Origin: Chitinispirillaceae bacterium
GTDB taxonomy: Bacteria > Fibrobacterota > Chitinivibrionia > Chitinivibrionales > Chitinispirillaceae
Length of the DNA stretch: 51,282 bases
Assembly: GCA_035306725.1 (NCBI GenBank)
Contig: DATGNN010000472.1
Location: forward strand, 1-51,282
Direction of reading: 5' to 3'
Shown: piece after piece, positions 10,209 to 20,794 of the stretch
How the letters are laid out: each line of letters begins with the position of its first letter
Position numbering within the stretch: position 1 is the stretch's first letter
Notes under the pieces: model-generated
Databases searched by the model: none
What the model was told of the DNA's origin: nothing
The model's input: only the letters and a program-made list of their open reading frames with translations
Position numbers and translations under genes: made by a program

Positions 10209-11618
10209 TTAGTTTTCAACGAAATCAATATCTTCTTTCCATGGAAGGAGGCTCTGTGATCTACTTGTCTGTTTTAGTTTTCTAAGAGCTTTTATTTCGA
10301 TCTGCCTTACCCGTTCGTTGGTCAGCTTAAGTTTTTGTCCTATTTCACCAAGAGTTTTTATTCTCCCATCATCAAGGCCAAACCTCATAATAACAGTCTT
10401 TTTTTCTTTTGGGTCAAGCGAATCCAGAACCATTTGTATGTGTTTACGAAGTGAATCCAGTGATATAATTCTAAAAGGATCTTCAGAATTGGTATCTTCA
10501 ATATATTCCCCTATAGTACTGCCATCTTCATTGTTTATTTCCATATCCAATGAAATTGGCTCGACAGTAGCTTCTAATGACATTTCGATTTTCTCTACCG
10601 AACAGTTTAACCCGTCTGCAATTTCATCCAATGTGGGTTGAGATCCATTTTTAGAACACCATTCTCTTGAAAATCTTTCAACTTTATTAACAAGATCAAT
10701 TGTATTTGCAGGAATGTGAATTGTTTTTGATTTTTCGTGAATTGCTCTTATAATTGCCTGCCGTACCCACCATATCGCATATGTACTAAACTTGTAACCT
10801 TTTCTGTAATCAAAATTTTCAACAGCTGTAATAAGCCCCTTATTACCCTCCTGAATGAGGTCACTAATCTCAAGTCCTCTATAGGTATACCGTTTCGCGA
10901 TACTCACTACCAACCTTACATTTGCTTCAATAATTGCAGACTTGGCCTGATTACGCATCTCTTCCCAATACAGAAAATTCTCAAGCTCTTTAGATGATCT
11001 TTCTTTAAATAGATTTTCCCTGAATTTCATTAAAAGATCCTTGATTCGCCTTGTGTTCAATTTTAATTGATAACACTGATCCACAATATGATCTTTCTGT
11101 TCCTGTATTTCATCCAGATCATCAGATTTTAGTCTCGAAACCTCTTCTTTGAGTTTTTTGACTCCTTTAATAAATTTCTTTTTTAATTTCTCTATCTCAA
11201 CAGTATCTTTTATCTGTTCTTCTTCAACACGAAGAACATCTGAACATTCTATTTTACCAGACACCAGTTGATGTTCAATTTGAAAAATTGTTTGAAGAAT
11301 CTCCTGATCCCGAAATGCCAAATCCATAATTTTATACTGCGCGAACCTCATAAGAATAGCATACTGGACTTCCTGACCTCTGGTCATCAAAGGAACACGT
11401 CCCAGAGTATTTAAATATATCCATGTAGGATCCGAATAATGGCCTTTTGCAGTATCGAAATTATTCTTTTGGTTTCGCTTCCTGCCTTTTTCTTCAATAA
11501 CAGCCCTTTTGGCAATCGAAGTAGCCAATTTTCTGTTATTTCCTCTTTTTGGCAATAATTTTCCACTATTTTTTATTTTTTCCATAATAACCTGTTTCAT
11601 ATTGTATGATTCAGACAA
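10209..11618 (-). CDS. rpoD: sigma-70 family RNA polymerase sigma factor (RpoD-like, group 1/2)
   Basis: Region 2 ([33 protein letters not shown]), region 3 ([13 protein letters not shown]) and region 4 ([28 protein letters not shown]) are all present. The start is uncertain: TTG at 11618 or an internal ATG at 11600 or 11585. Confidence 0.85.
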
Positions 11619-11921
11619 AAACAGATCAAGTAAAATAAATCTATAAAAACATTAAAGTTTGATATTTAAATTACTCCAGTTTTAATTCAGAACAGCACCT
11701 AATACTTTCGACAATCCCACCACCTACAATAATTATTTTCTTGGCTCTGTTTGTCAGCGGGAAAAATTATGCTCTATAGTTAATAGCATATATGAATAAA
11801 AACAGGTGAGGAAGTATTTTTTATCTGTTCCGGGCGTGGCTATACAGCAAAAGTGCTGGATTTAAAGATTTTTGAAGTTCATGATTAAGTATACAAAGCA
11901 ATTATTGATTTCTTTTGAAAA

Positions 11922-11952
11922 ATTATAAACGATTAAATTTTTGACATGTCAA
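11922..11952 (-). promoter_or_regulatory. sigma70-like promoter candidate reading toward rpoD
   Basis: On the minus strand: TTGACA (11952-11947), a 19-nt spacer, then TATAAT (11927-11922). It would give a leader of about 300 nt. The spacer is long, so this is tentative. Confidence 0.3.
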
Positions 11953-11969
11953 GCATTTTAGCTTGACAT
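11946..11969. terminator. perfect 9-bp hairpin immediately after the ferritin-like gene stop
   Basis: ATGTCAAGC (11946-11954) pairs with GCTTGACAT (11961-11969) across a 6-nt loop. There is no clean U-tract, so terminator function is uncertain. Confidence 0.35.
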
Positions 11970-11972
11970 TTC

Positions 11973-12395
11973 TTAATCCAGATAATCTTTTAATGTATCG
12001 ATATAAATATTTTCGTCATCTATATCTTCTTCCAGATCATGTGCGATTTCTGGTATTTGTATATCTTCAACAATATTCTCGAGTTTTTCACTTAAAACTT
12101 TTTCATTTTTTCTTAAAGAATTTATTATCTCTTCATCAGACATATCATTAGTAATTGTGGTTAATTCAGTAGACATTTCACCAGTATATTCATATTGTGG
12201 TATTATTTCTCCCAACTGTTTTATGTAATTATTCAAATTATCCATATGCTCAAGATGCTCATCATGCAATTCAACCAGATCTTTTCGCAAATCCTCATCT
12301 TGAATCTGGTCCAGAGCCCGTTCATAATTCCATGTTGAATCAGAATACAGCTTAACCAGTTCCTTGAGGCTTTCAGCAATCTCCTTATTGGTCAT
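11973..12395 (-). CDS. ferritin-like four-helix-bundle protein (DUF2383/PA2169-like), acidic C-terminus
   Basis: Start at the ATG at 12395, with GGGAGGGA upstream. The helical pattern, including ...ERALDQ...DLRKDLVELHDEHLEHMDNLNNYIKQLG, resembles that family. The assignment is moderate only. Confidence 0.55.
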   Translation of the reverse strand: MTNKEIAESLKELVKLYSDSTWNYERALDQIQDEDLRKDLVELHDEHLEHMDNLNNYIKQLGEIIPQYEYTGEMSTELTTITNDMSDEEIINSLRKNEKVLSEKLENIVEDIQIPEIAHDLEEDIDDENIYIDTLKDYLD

Positions 12396-12480
12396 AATCC
12401 CTCCCTTCCCTATCATTATTACGAATTATTAACCAAATATTACAGCAGATTATTGAGAACCAAATAAATATAACAAAAAA

Positions 12481-12529
12481 GACCTTCTTTTGCTTAAACG
12501 CAGAGATTTACGTTTAACAAAAGAAGGCC
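12481..12529 (-). terminator. long intrinsic terminator of the giant TPR gene
   Basis: GACCTTCTTTTGCTTAAACG (12481-12500) pairs with CGTTTAACAAAAGAAGGCC (12511-12529) with one bulge. An A-run lies on the left and a T-run on the right, so there is a U-tract on either strand. Confidence 0.7.
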
Positions 12530-12562
12530 TTTTTATAAAAAATTCGAAACTTTTTGAAACTC

Positions 12563-15500
12563 TTATCTTCTCATCGATTTGAGTTCATTAATAATTTCTT
12601 TGTTGTTTGGTTCCAGTTTCCTTGCTTTTTCGAGAAAACTGCTGTAATTTGCGTAATCTTTCTCCTCTTTAGCAAGTCGGGCTAAACCAAGATACGCTAA
12701 TCCACTATTTGAATCAGCTTTTATTGCACGGTCAAAAAATGTTTTAGCCCACTGATATTTTCTCTGAATCAAATATACATTAGCTCTTTCAATTAAAGCA
12801 GGTGCGTAATTTTGATCGATATAAAGGATCCCTTTATATGTTTCAATCGCATCATCATAATTTTTCATTGCTACCATAATTCTTCCAAGCATCATCTGAA
12901 CATCGATATTTTGTGGATCACTGTTTTTAACTTTTTCAACCGCTTTTAGCGCATCTTTATAACTCCCGGTATTGTAAAGAGCCATGGCATATTTAAGCCA
13001 TACATTCGTATCCTGGCTCCTTGAAACTAATATTTCCAGCTCTTTTACAGCATCTTTGTATTTTCCTGTTTCCATGTATACATCAATTAATGCCATCCTT
13101 AGATCATCATCAATATTACCTTTAGTAATTTGGACTACTCTCTCCAGTAACCTTGCTCCTTCATTACGTCTGTTAGTCATAAGATACCCACGTGCCAGAA
13201 GTGCCATTAACTTAGGGTCATTTTCCTTAATTGAATTCGCCATTTCCAGAAAAACCATAGCATCATCTACCATTTTTTTGTTCAATAAAACCTGACCGAT
13301 TTTTCCGGATGCATCAGCATTTTCAGGATCTACAGTTATGAATTTCCTGTATGCATTCAACATATCCTTGTCACGCTTTAACTTTCCATAGAGACTTCCC
13401 AGTTCCAGCCAGACTCTTGGAATAGTATCTGACAAGGCAGCACATCTCTCCAGGTACTTGATCGCATCATTCGCTGCACCAGACTGATTTGAATAGTAAA
13501 TCCCGAGTTTCAGGAAATTACGATAATCTTTTGGATAAGACACAATATTCTTTTTATAAATTTCAACTGCCTGTTTTGGATTTAGGGTTTCATTTACTAA
13601 TGCCAAACTGTAAGCTGCTTCTGGATCATTCACCCCCGGCAAGCTGATATAATCTGTAAGTATTTCTGCTGCTTTCTTCTTATCACCATTTTTCTCATAG
13701 GCTTCAGCCAACCCTTTATATGCTTTATCCCGATTCGGTACATTCCCTTTGATATCTCTGACTTTAGTCAGCACATTTATTGCAGACTGATAATCTTTAA
13801 CCTCAATTGAAGATAATCCGAATTCAACCAGATATTGCGGACTTGAATCATCTTTGACCATTTTGTAATACTTGTATGCATCCTGATATTTTTTCTTATC
13901 AAAGGCATGTTTTGCCACTTTTATAGCGGTTTCATTGTCAGATGACTTTTTGTCAAGGTACTTTTTGTATGCATTCATGGCGTCATCCACTTTTTTCTGT
14001 TTCATATATAAATCCCCAAGCTGTTTATACTCTTCTACAGCTTTTGGATTTAATACCAGAGCCTGTTCATAAGTCACAATAGCTTCATTAACCTTTCCTG
14101 CTTTCATTTGGCAATCTGCAAGAACAGACAGATACTCACCGTTTTTAGGATCAAGCTGAGAAGCTTTTTCAAACATCCTTATAGCATCATTGTATTTCTT
14201 TGATGATTCATAGATTTGACCTAAAGTTTTATACATCGAAGCATCCGCCTCATTGGCATCAATTGCTCCATTCAGGGCTGCAAACTTTTCTGCCGGTTTA
14301 CCCAGTTTCAGAACCAGATTGACATAATTTTTATGGATACCCTTGATTTTTGGATTAAATTTCAATGCAGCCCTGTATGCATTCAAAGCACCATTTTCAT
14401 CTTTTTTAACAAGAAGAGCATCACCGAGCATCTTCTGAGCATCAGCATCATTTGGTTTCAGTTGAGTATACTGTTTCAAATACTCCTGTGCATCATTTGA
14501 CGCTCCGGTTTTCATTGAAATCTCATACATTCTTTTAAAAACATCTGCATCTTTAGGAGTTAACTTTGCAAGGTCTTTGTAAATTATCAATGCCCTTGGA
14601 TAGTCCTGTGCCAAAAAGGATGCTTCAGCATATAAAGAAAGAAGATCTGCCTTTTTCGCGCCATCACCCTTAACCATACCAAAATACCTGACAGCATCCT
14701 TATATTTTTTCTGTTTAAGTTCATATTCTCCCACGATCTTGGCAACATCACCATCTGATGCATTCTTTTCCAGATATTTTTTATATGATCTAATTGCAGA
14801 CTGATCCTTTTTCTGTTTCATATAAAGATCTCCAAGAACCTTATATTCCTTAGAAGCTTTCGGATCCATTGCGATTACTTGTTCGTATGTTAATATTGCA
14901 GCATCTGTCATTCCTTTGCTGACCTGACAATCTGCAAGGGCACTCAGAAGTTTAGTGTTTTTGGGATCAAGTTGAACAGCCTTTTCATACATTTTTACTG
15001 CGTTGTCAACTTTTTTCTGCTTTTTGTAAATTTCACCAAGGGCCTGATACATCTTTGCATCTGCTTCACCAGCATTAATCGCTCCATTCAAAGCCCTTTC
15101 CTTTTCAGCATCATCACCAGATTTAAGGACCAGACTTACATAATTTTTATATAAGCCTTTCAATGCAGGATCTGCTTTTAAAGCAGTTCTATATGCATTG
15201 AGTGCACCAGAATGATCTTTTAGAGCAAATAACATATCACCCAGTTTTTTCTGAGCCTTAGCATCGGAAGGCGCTAAAGAAGCATAAACTTTCGAATATT
15301 GTAATACTTCTTCCTTGGTTCCAGCCTTAGTAGCAATTTCTGCCAACAATCTGAAAACTTCGGGATCTTTCGGAGTTACCTTTGCTAACGACTTGAATAT
15401 CTGGTATGCCTTAAATTCATCTTTTGCATTGTAACTTGCCTGCCCATACATCATAAGATGTTTTGGGTCAGAAGCATCTGCACCAGTTACCATCCCCAAA

Positions 15501-18500
15501 TACTTAACAGCTTCACTATATTTTTTAGACTCGTAAGCAGACTTTCCAACCACTTTTGCGATCTCATTGTCCTTGCTTTTTTCGAGGTATTTTTTGTACG
15601 CGGTCAAACCGGAACTACTCTTTTTCTGTTTCATATACAGGTCGCCAAGCATTTTATACTCTTTATTGGCCTGAGGATTCATAGCTACAGCCTGTTCAAG
15701 AGTAAGAATCGCAGCCTGTGGTTTTCCGCCTTTAATCTGACATTCAGATAACCTGTTTAAAAGAGAAACATCTTTGGGATTAAACTGAATAGCTTTTTCA
15801 TACATAGCAATTGCATCTGGATACTTTTGCTGTTTTTGATAAATTTCACCAAGTTTTGCATACATTTGGCCATCAGCTTCCCCTGCTTTTATAGCCCCAG
15901 TAAGTACTTTGACAATTTCAGCATCCTTTCCTGAATTTATAACCAGCTTGGCATATTTACCATAAAATCCCTTTGCTGAAGGATCTGACGTAAGAACAGC
16001 CCCATAAGCATTAATTGCTCCATTAGCATCTTTACGCTCATAGAGGATATCCCCCAATTTTTTCTGAGCACTAACATCTTTTGGTCTTAATCTTGTATAA
16101 CTTTTCAGGTAAGTTAACAGATCATCTTTTTTCCCCAGGCCTTCAGCTATCTCATACAGTTTTTTAAACACTTCAGCATCTGCAGGAGTTACAGTTGCCA
16201 ATTGCTTGAAAATCTCATAAGCTTTTGCCTGATCTTTTGCCAGGAAACAAGCCTCACCATACATTTTAAGATAAGATGGCTGTTTAGAATCAGCCCCCTT
16301 TACCATTCCAAGATACTTAACAGCTTCCTGATAGTTTTTTGCCTTAAAAGCAGCTTCTCCAACCTCCATTGAAAGTTTGTCATCAGAGCTTTTTTCAAGA
16401 AATTTTTTATAATTTTTAACAGCCTGGTCATTTTTATTCTGTTTTTTATACAAATTCCCCAATAGTTTATACTCAGCCCCAGCCTGTGGATTCATCGCAA
16501 TTGCCTGCTCATATGTAAGAATAGCATCATTGATTTTTCCTACTGCGACCTGTGACTCAGCCAATGATGTCAATAAAGCTACACTTTTTGGATCAAGCTG
16601 ACTTGCTTTTTCATACATTGCAGAGGCTTTCTGATGATTACCGACTTTTTTGTATATGTCACCAAGGTGCTTATATACACTTAAATCTGCTTCACCGGCT
16701 TGTATTGCTTTACTGAGAACAATGATCATCTCTTTGTCACTTCCGCCGGATTTTATCATCAAATCTGTAAAATTTTTATAGAAACCTTTTGCTGATGAAT
16801 CTGCTTTTAAAACAGCTTTATATGCTTCAAGCGCTCCAGCATTGTCTTTCTTTGCATAAAGCATATCACCCAGTTTTTTCTGAGCATTTGCATCAGAAGG
16901 TTTTAATTTTGTATATGATTTCAGGTAAGATATTTTATCACTTTCAGGTCCTGTTTTTTCAGCGATCTGATATAAAGTTTTAAATACATCCGGATCTTGA
17001 GGTGCCTTAACTGCAAGCTGCTTGTAAATCTGATATGCTTTTTTCTCATCTTTTGCCTTAAGGCAGGCATCGCCATACATTTTCAGGTAATCAACATTAT
17101 CAGAATCTTTACCTGTAACCATACCGAAATATTTGACAGCTTCCGAATAGTTCTTTTCTTTATAATCATATTCTCCAATTTCTCTTGCGATACCATTATC
17201 TGATTTGTTCTCCAGATACTTTTTATAATTTTTTATTGCAGAAGCAGTTTTATTTTTCTTTTTATAAAGGTCACCCAGAATCTTATATTCTTTATCAGCT
17301 TTCGGATTCATGGCGAGTGTTTGTTCGTATGTCAATATAGCGGCATCAGTATTTCCACTTTCAGCCTGGGATTGAGCAAGTTTGGCCAACAACGAAACAT
17401 CTTTGGGATCCAGCTTGCCAGCTTTATCATACATTTCCAAAGCTTTTTTGTGATTTCCCTGCTTACTGTAGATATCGCCAAGCTCAATAATAACATCAAC
17501 ATCTGCTTCACCAGCAGCTATTGCACCGCTGTAAGCCTGAATTTTTTCCTGATCAGTCCCCGATTCCCTTATTAAAACAACATAGTTTTTATAAAACCCT
17601 TTGGCTTTTGAGTTCTGTTTTAAAACACTATTGTATGCAGCAAGTGCTTCTTTCTTATTTTTCAGATCAAAAAGAAGATCACCTAATTTTTTCTGCATCT
17701 CAATATCATCAGATTTCAGGGCTGTATATTTTTTCAAATGGTCAGCAGCACCTTTTTTATCCTTTTGCTTCTCAGCAATTTCATAAAGCATCTTTAACGG
17801 TGCTGGATCATTTGGAGAAACTTTTGAAAGCTGTTCAAGCAATTTATTAGCTTTTGCGAAATCATTGACCTTGATTGAAGCAGAAGCATAATTCGAAAGA
17901 AAATCAGCAGTTTCAGCATCTTTTCCACTCACTTTTTCCATGTACTTTACAGCATCTTTGTAATTTTTCTTTTCTATTTCATAATTTCCAACCTTTAGCG
18001 AAATTTTTGAATCACCAGGTTTTTTAATCAGATACTTTTTAAAAGAAGCAATTGCCTGCTCCTTTTTACCCATTTCCATATACAGATCACCAAGAATTTG
18101 AAGCTCATTTGTACACGAGGTGTCCATTGTTATTAATTGTTCATATGTAATAACTGCATCAGTTTTCTTCCCGGCCCTTACCTGCGATAAGCCTAAAGCT
18201 TTGAGGTTTTCAAGATTTTTTGGATTAATCTGAAGAGCCTTCTGGTAGTTTTCAATTGACTTGTTATAATCCTTTTTGTTCAAATAGATTTCACCGAGTG
18301 TGTTATAAATTTCCTCATCAGCTTCATTAGCTTTAACAGCTGCAGTTAATACAGTAAGGATCTCCTGCTCCTGAGCCTTTTTTGCCTTAAGGAGTTTGGC
18401 ATATTTTTTATAAAATCCTTTAACTGAAGGATCCGCTTTAATGGCTGCGCGATAAGACTCTAACGCTCCATCAGAATCTTTCATTTCGTATAGCAGATTA

Positions 18501-20335
18501 CCAAGATCTCTAAACCCGATTCCATTATCAGGTTTAAGTTTTACCAATTGGCGAAGATTTTCCACAGCACCTTTGTTATCATTTGTTTTCAGGCAAACCT
18601 GATATAAATTACTGAACACGTCCGGGTTTTTCGGCATTAATAGAGCCAGTTCTTTATATACCTCTTTAGCCTCTTTGAGTTCTCCTGAATTCATGGCATA
18701 ATTTGCGTATCTGAGCCTTGATACTGTATCCTTTTTATCAAGAGACATGATTTTTTTATCAGCCAGAGCCATTTTCTTTTCATTTTTAGTTTTTTCATAA
18801 CATAAAGCAAGCTGTTGCCACCAGTCTTTGTTATCTTCTTCCTTTTTAACCAGATCCTCAAGGATTTTTTGGGCATTCGAATATTTGCCGTTTTGTATAT
18901 GAATTTTTGCAAGAATTACCTGTGGCTCTGTCAAGTTTTTATCATGATGCAAAGCTGTTTCAGCCGCATCAAGTGCCAAATCAAATTTTTTCTGCTCCCA
19001 TGCAGCCTTCATCATACCTTGCGCTGCATTAGCGTCAGCTTTCAATGAAAAAGATTTCTGAAAATTCTTAAACGCATCATCATACTTCTTGGTTTTCAGG
19101 TAATATTCGCCAAGAGTGAAGTAAACTTTGGGATTGTCAGGCTGAAGAGAAAGTAGTTTTTCATTTATAATCCTGGCTTTATCCTCCATTTTGGCCTTGG
19201 AATACAGATCCGCAAGGCGAACATAGGCTTCAACATTTTCTTTTTCTTTACTAATTACATTTTCAAGAAGTGGAATAGCCTTGCTGTACTCACCTAATCC
19301 CTCATAGGCCTCTGCAGTTAAAAATGTTGCATCAGATATAATTTTGCCTTGATTATCTGCTTTTCTTATCTCTAAAAACAAATCAAGAGCCTGCTTGTAA
19401 GCTTTTTTCTCCAGGTTCCATCGTGCAACATTACTCTTTGCATTTAAAGCTTCTTTGCTTGTAGATTTGCCAAATTTCCCTACAGCTTTCTGATAAATTT
19501 TTACTACTTCGTTTTTGTCCAACCCAGATTTTTCTGCACTTATCCCCATTCTGTACAAATCATCAGCACTTAATTTGGTTTGATCTGCCTTATCATATGC
19601 AGAAAATGCATCTTTATATTTTTTAGCATCGAAATAAATATTTGCCAGTTCAACAGCTACTTCAGGTTTTGAGAAGTTTTTATCACGAACAGCTTCTCTC
19701 ATGTAAACGGTAGCAGAATCAAAGTTCTTTTGTATTTTATAGATACCTGCTATAGTGTATGCAATTTCGCCCTCATTTTTTTCGCCATTCGATTTTTTTA
19801 ACAATGGAAGAGCTTTATCATATGATTTACTCTCGTAATAGATCAAACCTAAAGCACGATTCGCAACCATATTGGATTTATCCGTTTCAACAACTTTTTC
19901 CAAAGCTTTTTTTGCATCAGAGGTCTTTTTCAAAGCAATACAGGCTCTGGCATATTCCCAACTGGCTTCACCTGTTTCTTTAATCTCCATGGTTTTTTTT
20001 GCCATTTCCAGAGCATTTTCATGGTCTTTCATGTTGTTATAAACACGTGCAGCCCCCAGATGCGCTTCATAGTTTGAACCATCATTTCTGATTGCAACCA
20101 TAAAACATGCCAAAGCTTTTTCTGTTAACTTCTGCTCTTCATTTGCAATTCCTAACTTTGCCCATTGATCTGCAGTCCTTTCTGTTACCGGCATTTTTTC
20201 GTCTGCGTAGCTAATAGCTTCAGCAAATTTTCCGGATTTAATCAGTTTATCAAAAGCATCATCAGATAAAGCTGTTGATACGAGAAGAAATAAAAGTGCC
20301 TGCAAACTGACAACAACCGCATAACGGATAGTCAT
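12563..20335 (-). CDS. giant secreted tetratricopeptide-repeat protein (2590 aa)
   Basis: Single uninterrupted ORF with GGAGG 7 nt before the ATG. The N-terminus MTIRYAVVVSLQALLFLLVSTALS is signal-peptide-like. TPR-type 34-aa periodicity runs throughout, e.g. LGDLYMKQKK..A..AYKKYL. Confidence 0.9.
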   Translation of the reverse strand: MTIRYAVVVSLQALLFLLVSTALSDDAFDKLIKSGKFAEAISYADEKMPVTERTADQWAKLGIANEEQKLTEKALACFMVAIRNDGSNYEAHLGAARVYNNMKDHENALEMAKKTMEIKETGEASWEYARACIALKKTSDAKKALEKVVETDKSNMVANRALGLIYYESKSYDKALPLLKKSNGEKNEGEIAYTIAGIYKIQKNFDSATVYMREAVRDKNFSKPEVAVELANIYFDAKKYKDAFSAYDKADQTKLSADDLYRMGISAEKSGLDKNEVVKIYQKAVGKFGKSTSKEALNAKSNVARWNLEKKAYKQALDLFLEIRKADNQGKIISDATFLTAEAYEGLGEYSKAIPLLENVISKEKENVEAYVRLADLYSKAKMEDKARIINEKLLSLQPDNPKVYFTLGEYYLKTKKYDDAFKNFQKSFSLKADANAAQGMMKAAWEQKKFDLALDAAETALHHDKNLTEPQVILAKIHIQNGKYSNAQKILEDLVKKEEDNKDWWQQLALCYEKTKNEKKMALADKKIMSLDKKDTVSRLRYANYAMNSGELKEAKEVYKELALLMPKNPDVFSNLYQVCLKTNDNKGAVENLRQLVKLKPDNGIGFRDLGNLLYEMKDSDGALESYRAAIKADPSVKGFYKKYAKLLKAKKAQEQEILTVLTAAVKANEADEEIYNTLGEIYLNKKDYNKSIENYQKALQINPKNLENLKALGLSQVRAGKKTDAVITYEQLITMDTSCTNELQILGDLYMEMGKKEQAIASFKKYLIKKPGDSKISLKVGNYEIEKKNYKDAVKYMEKVSGKDAETADFLSNYASASIKVNDFAKANKLLEQLSKVSPNDPAPLKMLYEIAEKQKDKKGAADHLKKYTALKSDDIEMQKKLGDLLFDLKNKKEALAAYNSVLKQNSKAKGFYKNYVVLIRESGTDQEKIQAYSGAIAAGEADVDVIIELGDIYSKQGNHKKALEMYDKAGKLDPKDVSLLAKLAQSQAESGNTDAAILTYEQTLAMNPKADKEYKILGDLYKKKNKTASAIKNYKKYLENKSDNGIAREIGEYDYKEKNYSEAVKYFGMVTGKDSDNVDYLKMYGDACLKAKDEKKAYQIYKQLAVKAPQDPDVFKTLYQIAEKTGPESDKISYLKSYTKLKPSDANAQKKLGDMLYAKKDNAGALEAYKAVLKADSSAKGFYKNFTDLMIKSGGSDKEMIIVLSKAIQAGEADLSVYKHLGDIYKKVGNHQKASAMYEKASQLDPKSVALLTSLAESQVAVGKINDAILTYEQAIAMNPQAGAEYKLLGNLYKKQNKNDQAVKNYKKFLEKSSDDKLSMEVGEAAFKAKNYQEAVKYLGMVKGADSKQPSYLKMYGEACFLAKDQAKAYEIFKQLATVTPADAEVFKKLYEIAEGLGKKDDLLTYLKSYTRLRPKDVSAQKKLGDILYERKDANGAINAYGAVLTSDPSAKGFYGKYAKLVINSGKDAEIVKVLTGAIKAGEADGQMYAKLGEIYQKQQKYPDAIAMYEKAIQFNPKDVSLLNRLSECQIKGGKPQAAILTLEQAVAMNPQANKEYKMLGDLYMKQKKSSSGLTAYKKYLEKSKDNEIAKVVGKSAYESKKYSEAVKYLGMVTGADASDPKHLMMYGQASYNAKDEFKAYQIFKSLAKVTPKDPEVFRLLAEIATKAGTKEEVLQYSKVYASLAPSDAKAQKKLGDMLFALKDHSGALNAYRTALKADPALKGLYKNYVSLVLKSGDDAEKERALNGAINAGEADAKMYQALGEIYKKQKKVDNAVKMYEKAVQLDPKNTKLLSALADCQVSKGMTDAAILTYEQVIAMDPKASKEYKVLGDLYMKQKKDQSAIRSYKKYLEKNASDGDVAKIVGEYELKQKKYKDAVRYFGMVKGDGAKKADLLSLYAEASFLAQDYPRALIIYKDLAKLTPKDADVFKRMYEISMKTGASNDAQEYLKQYTQLKPNDADAQKMLGDALLVKKDENGALNAYRAALKFNPKIKGIHKNYVNLVLKLGKPAEKFAALNGAIDANEADASMYKTLGQIYESSKKYNDAIRMFEKASQLDPKNGEYLSVLADCQMKAGKVNEAIVTYEQALVLNPKAVEEYKQLGDLYMKQKKVDDAMNAYKKYLDKKSSDNETAIKVAKHAFDKKKYQDAYKYYKMVKDDSSPQYLVEFGLSSIEVKDYQSAINVLTKVRDIKGNVPNRDKAYKGLAEAYEKNGDKKKAAEILTDYISLPGVNDPEAAYSLALVNETLNPKQAVEIYKKNIVSYPKDYRNFLKLGIYYSNQSGAANDAIKYLERCAALSDTIPRVWLELGSLYGKLKRDKDMLNAYRKFITVDPENADASGKIGQVLLNKKMVDDAMVFLEMANSIKENDPKLMALLARGYLMTNRRNEGARLLERVVQITKGNIDDDLRMALIDVYMETGKYKDAVKELEILVSRSQDTNVWLKYAMALYNTGSYKDALKAVEKVKNSDPQNIDVQMMLGRIMVAMKNYDDAIETYKGILYIDQNYAPALIERANVYLIQRKYQWAKTFFDRAIKADSNSGLAYLGLARLAKEEKDYANYSSFLEKARKLEPNNKEIINELKSMRR
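13750..18700 (-). repeat. tandem array of about six 813-819 nt coding repeats (about 272-aa TPR supermodules) inside the giant gene
   Basis: The unit-start motif KG(F/L/I)(Y/H)(K/G)(K/N)(Y/F) recurs with its K codon at 18421, 17602, 16789, 15973, 15160 and 14344. That gives spacings of 819, 813, 816, 813 and 816 nt, all in frame. The units are colinear and about half identical at the protein level by eye. Confidence 0.8.
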
Positions 20336-20566
20336 AAATTATCCTCCGAATTCATGATTATTTCAAACTTGATTAATATCATCACAACTGCTTAAAATAA
20401 TAATTCCAAGCAGAAGAAATATCCGAATAAAACCAGTTCGTCAAAACATCCCTATTGTATGGATTTAATCAAATATACATGCATTCTAACAGATTTTGAA
20501 ACTTTTTTGTGATTTTTACCCAATTCGTAACTCAATTGCCTAACCTCAATTATAATTAATTAGACA

Positions 20567-20737
20567 GGATTAATTACCAATGAGCCTGCGAGAGCAACAC
20601 TTGGCCACAGAAAGGGTTCTATTACTGTGTTGTCATATCTATAAGGTAATAAGACCAGGCAGTATCACCGCGCCACACATAGTTCATGCCCGTCGATCGA
20701 AACCACCTTTACTCGTCCCCATTCAGTTATTACAGGC
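20567..20737 (+). repeat. copy A of a diverged GC-enriched intergenic element family (possible structured RNA)
   Basis: Four blocks are shared colinearly with copy B:
- CAGAAAGGGTT (20608-20618)
- GTATCACC (20662-20669)
- GTTCATGCCCGTCGATCGAAA
- TCGTCCCCATTCAG (20713-20726)

In addition, 20581-20595 is the exact reverse complement of 47409-47423. Confidence 0.6.
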
Positions 20738-20794
20738 ACAGATATTGCATTCTACATCAGAAAGTTTTACAAATTTTTCAAAAAAGGAGACAAA

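Noticed and set aside
12984-19983. Many 60-110-aa ORFs antisense to or out of frame within the giant TPR gene (e.g. 12984-13295, 15458-15751, 17521-17850)
   Set aside because: These are shadow ORFs of a long, compositionally biased repetitive gene. They have no RBS and low-complexity translations.
20680-20726. tmRNA-like 5' end on the minus strand (GGGGACGAGTAAAGGTGGTTTCGATCGACGGG)
   Set aside because: There is only a superficial resemblance to GGGG...GGTTTCGACGGG. The segment has no tag-peptide reading frame, no tRNA-like 3' end (T-arm plus CCA context), and it is one member of a multi-copy family.
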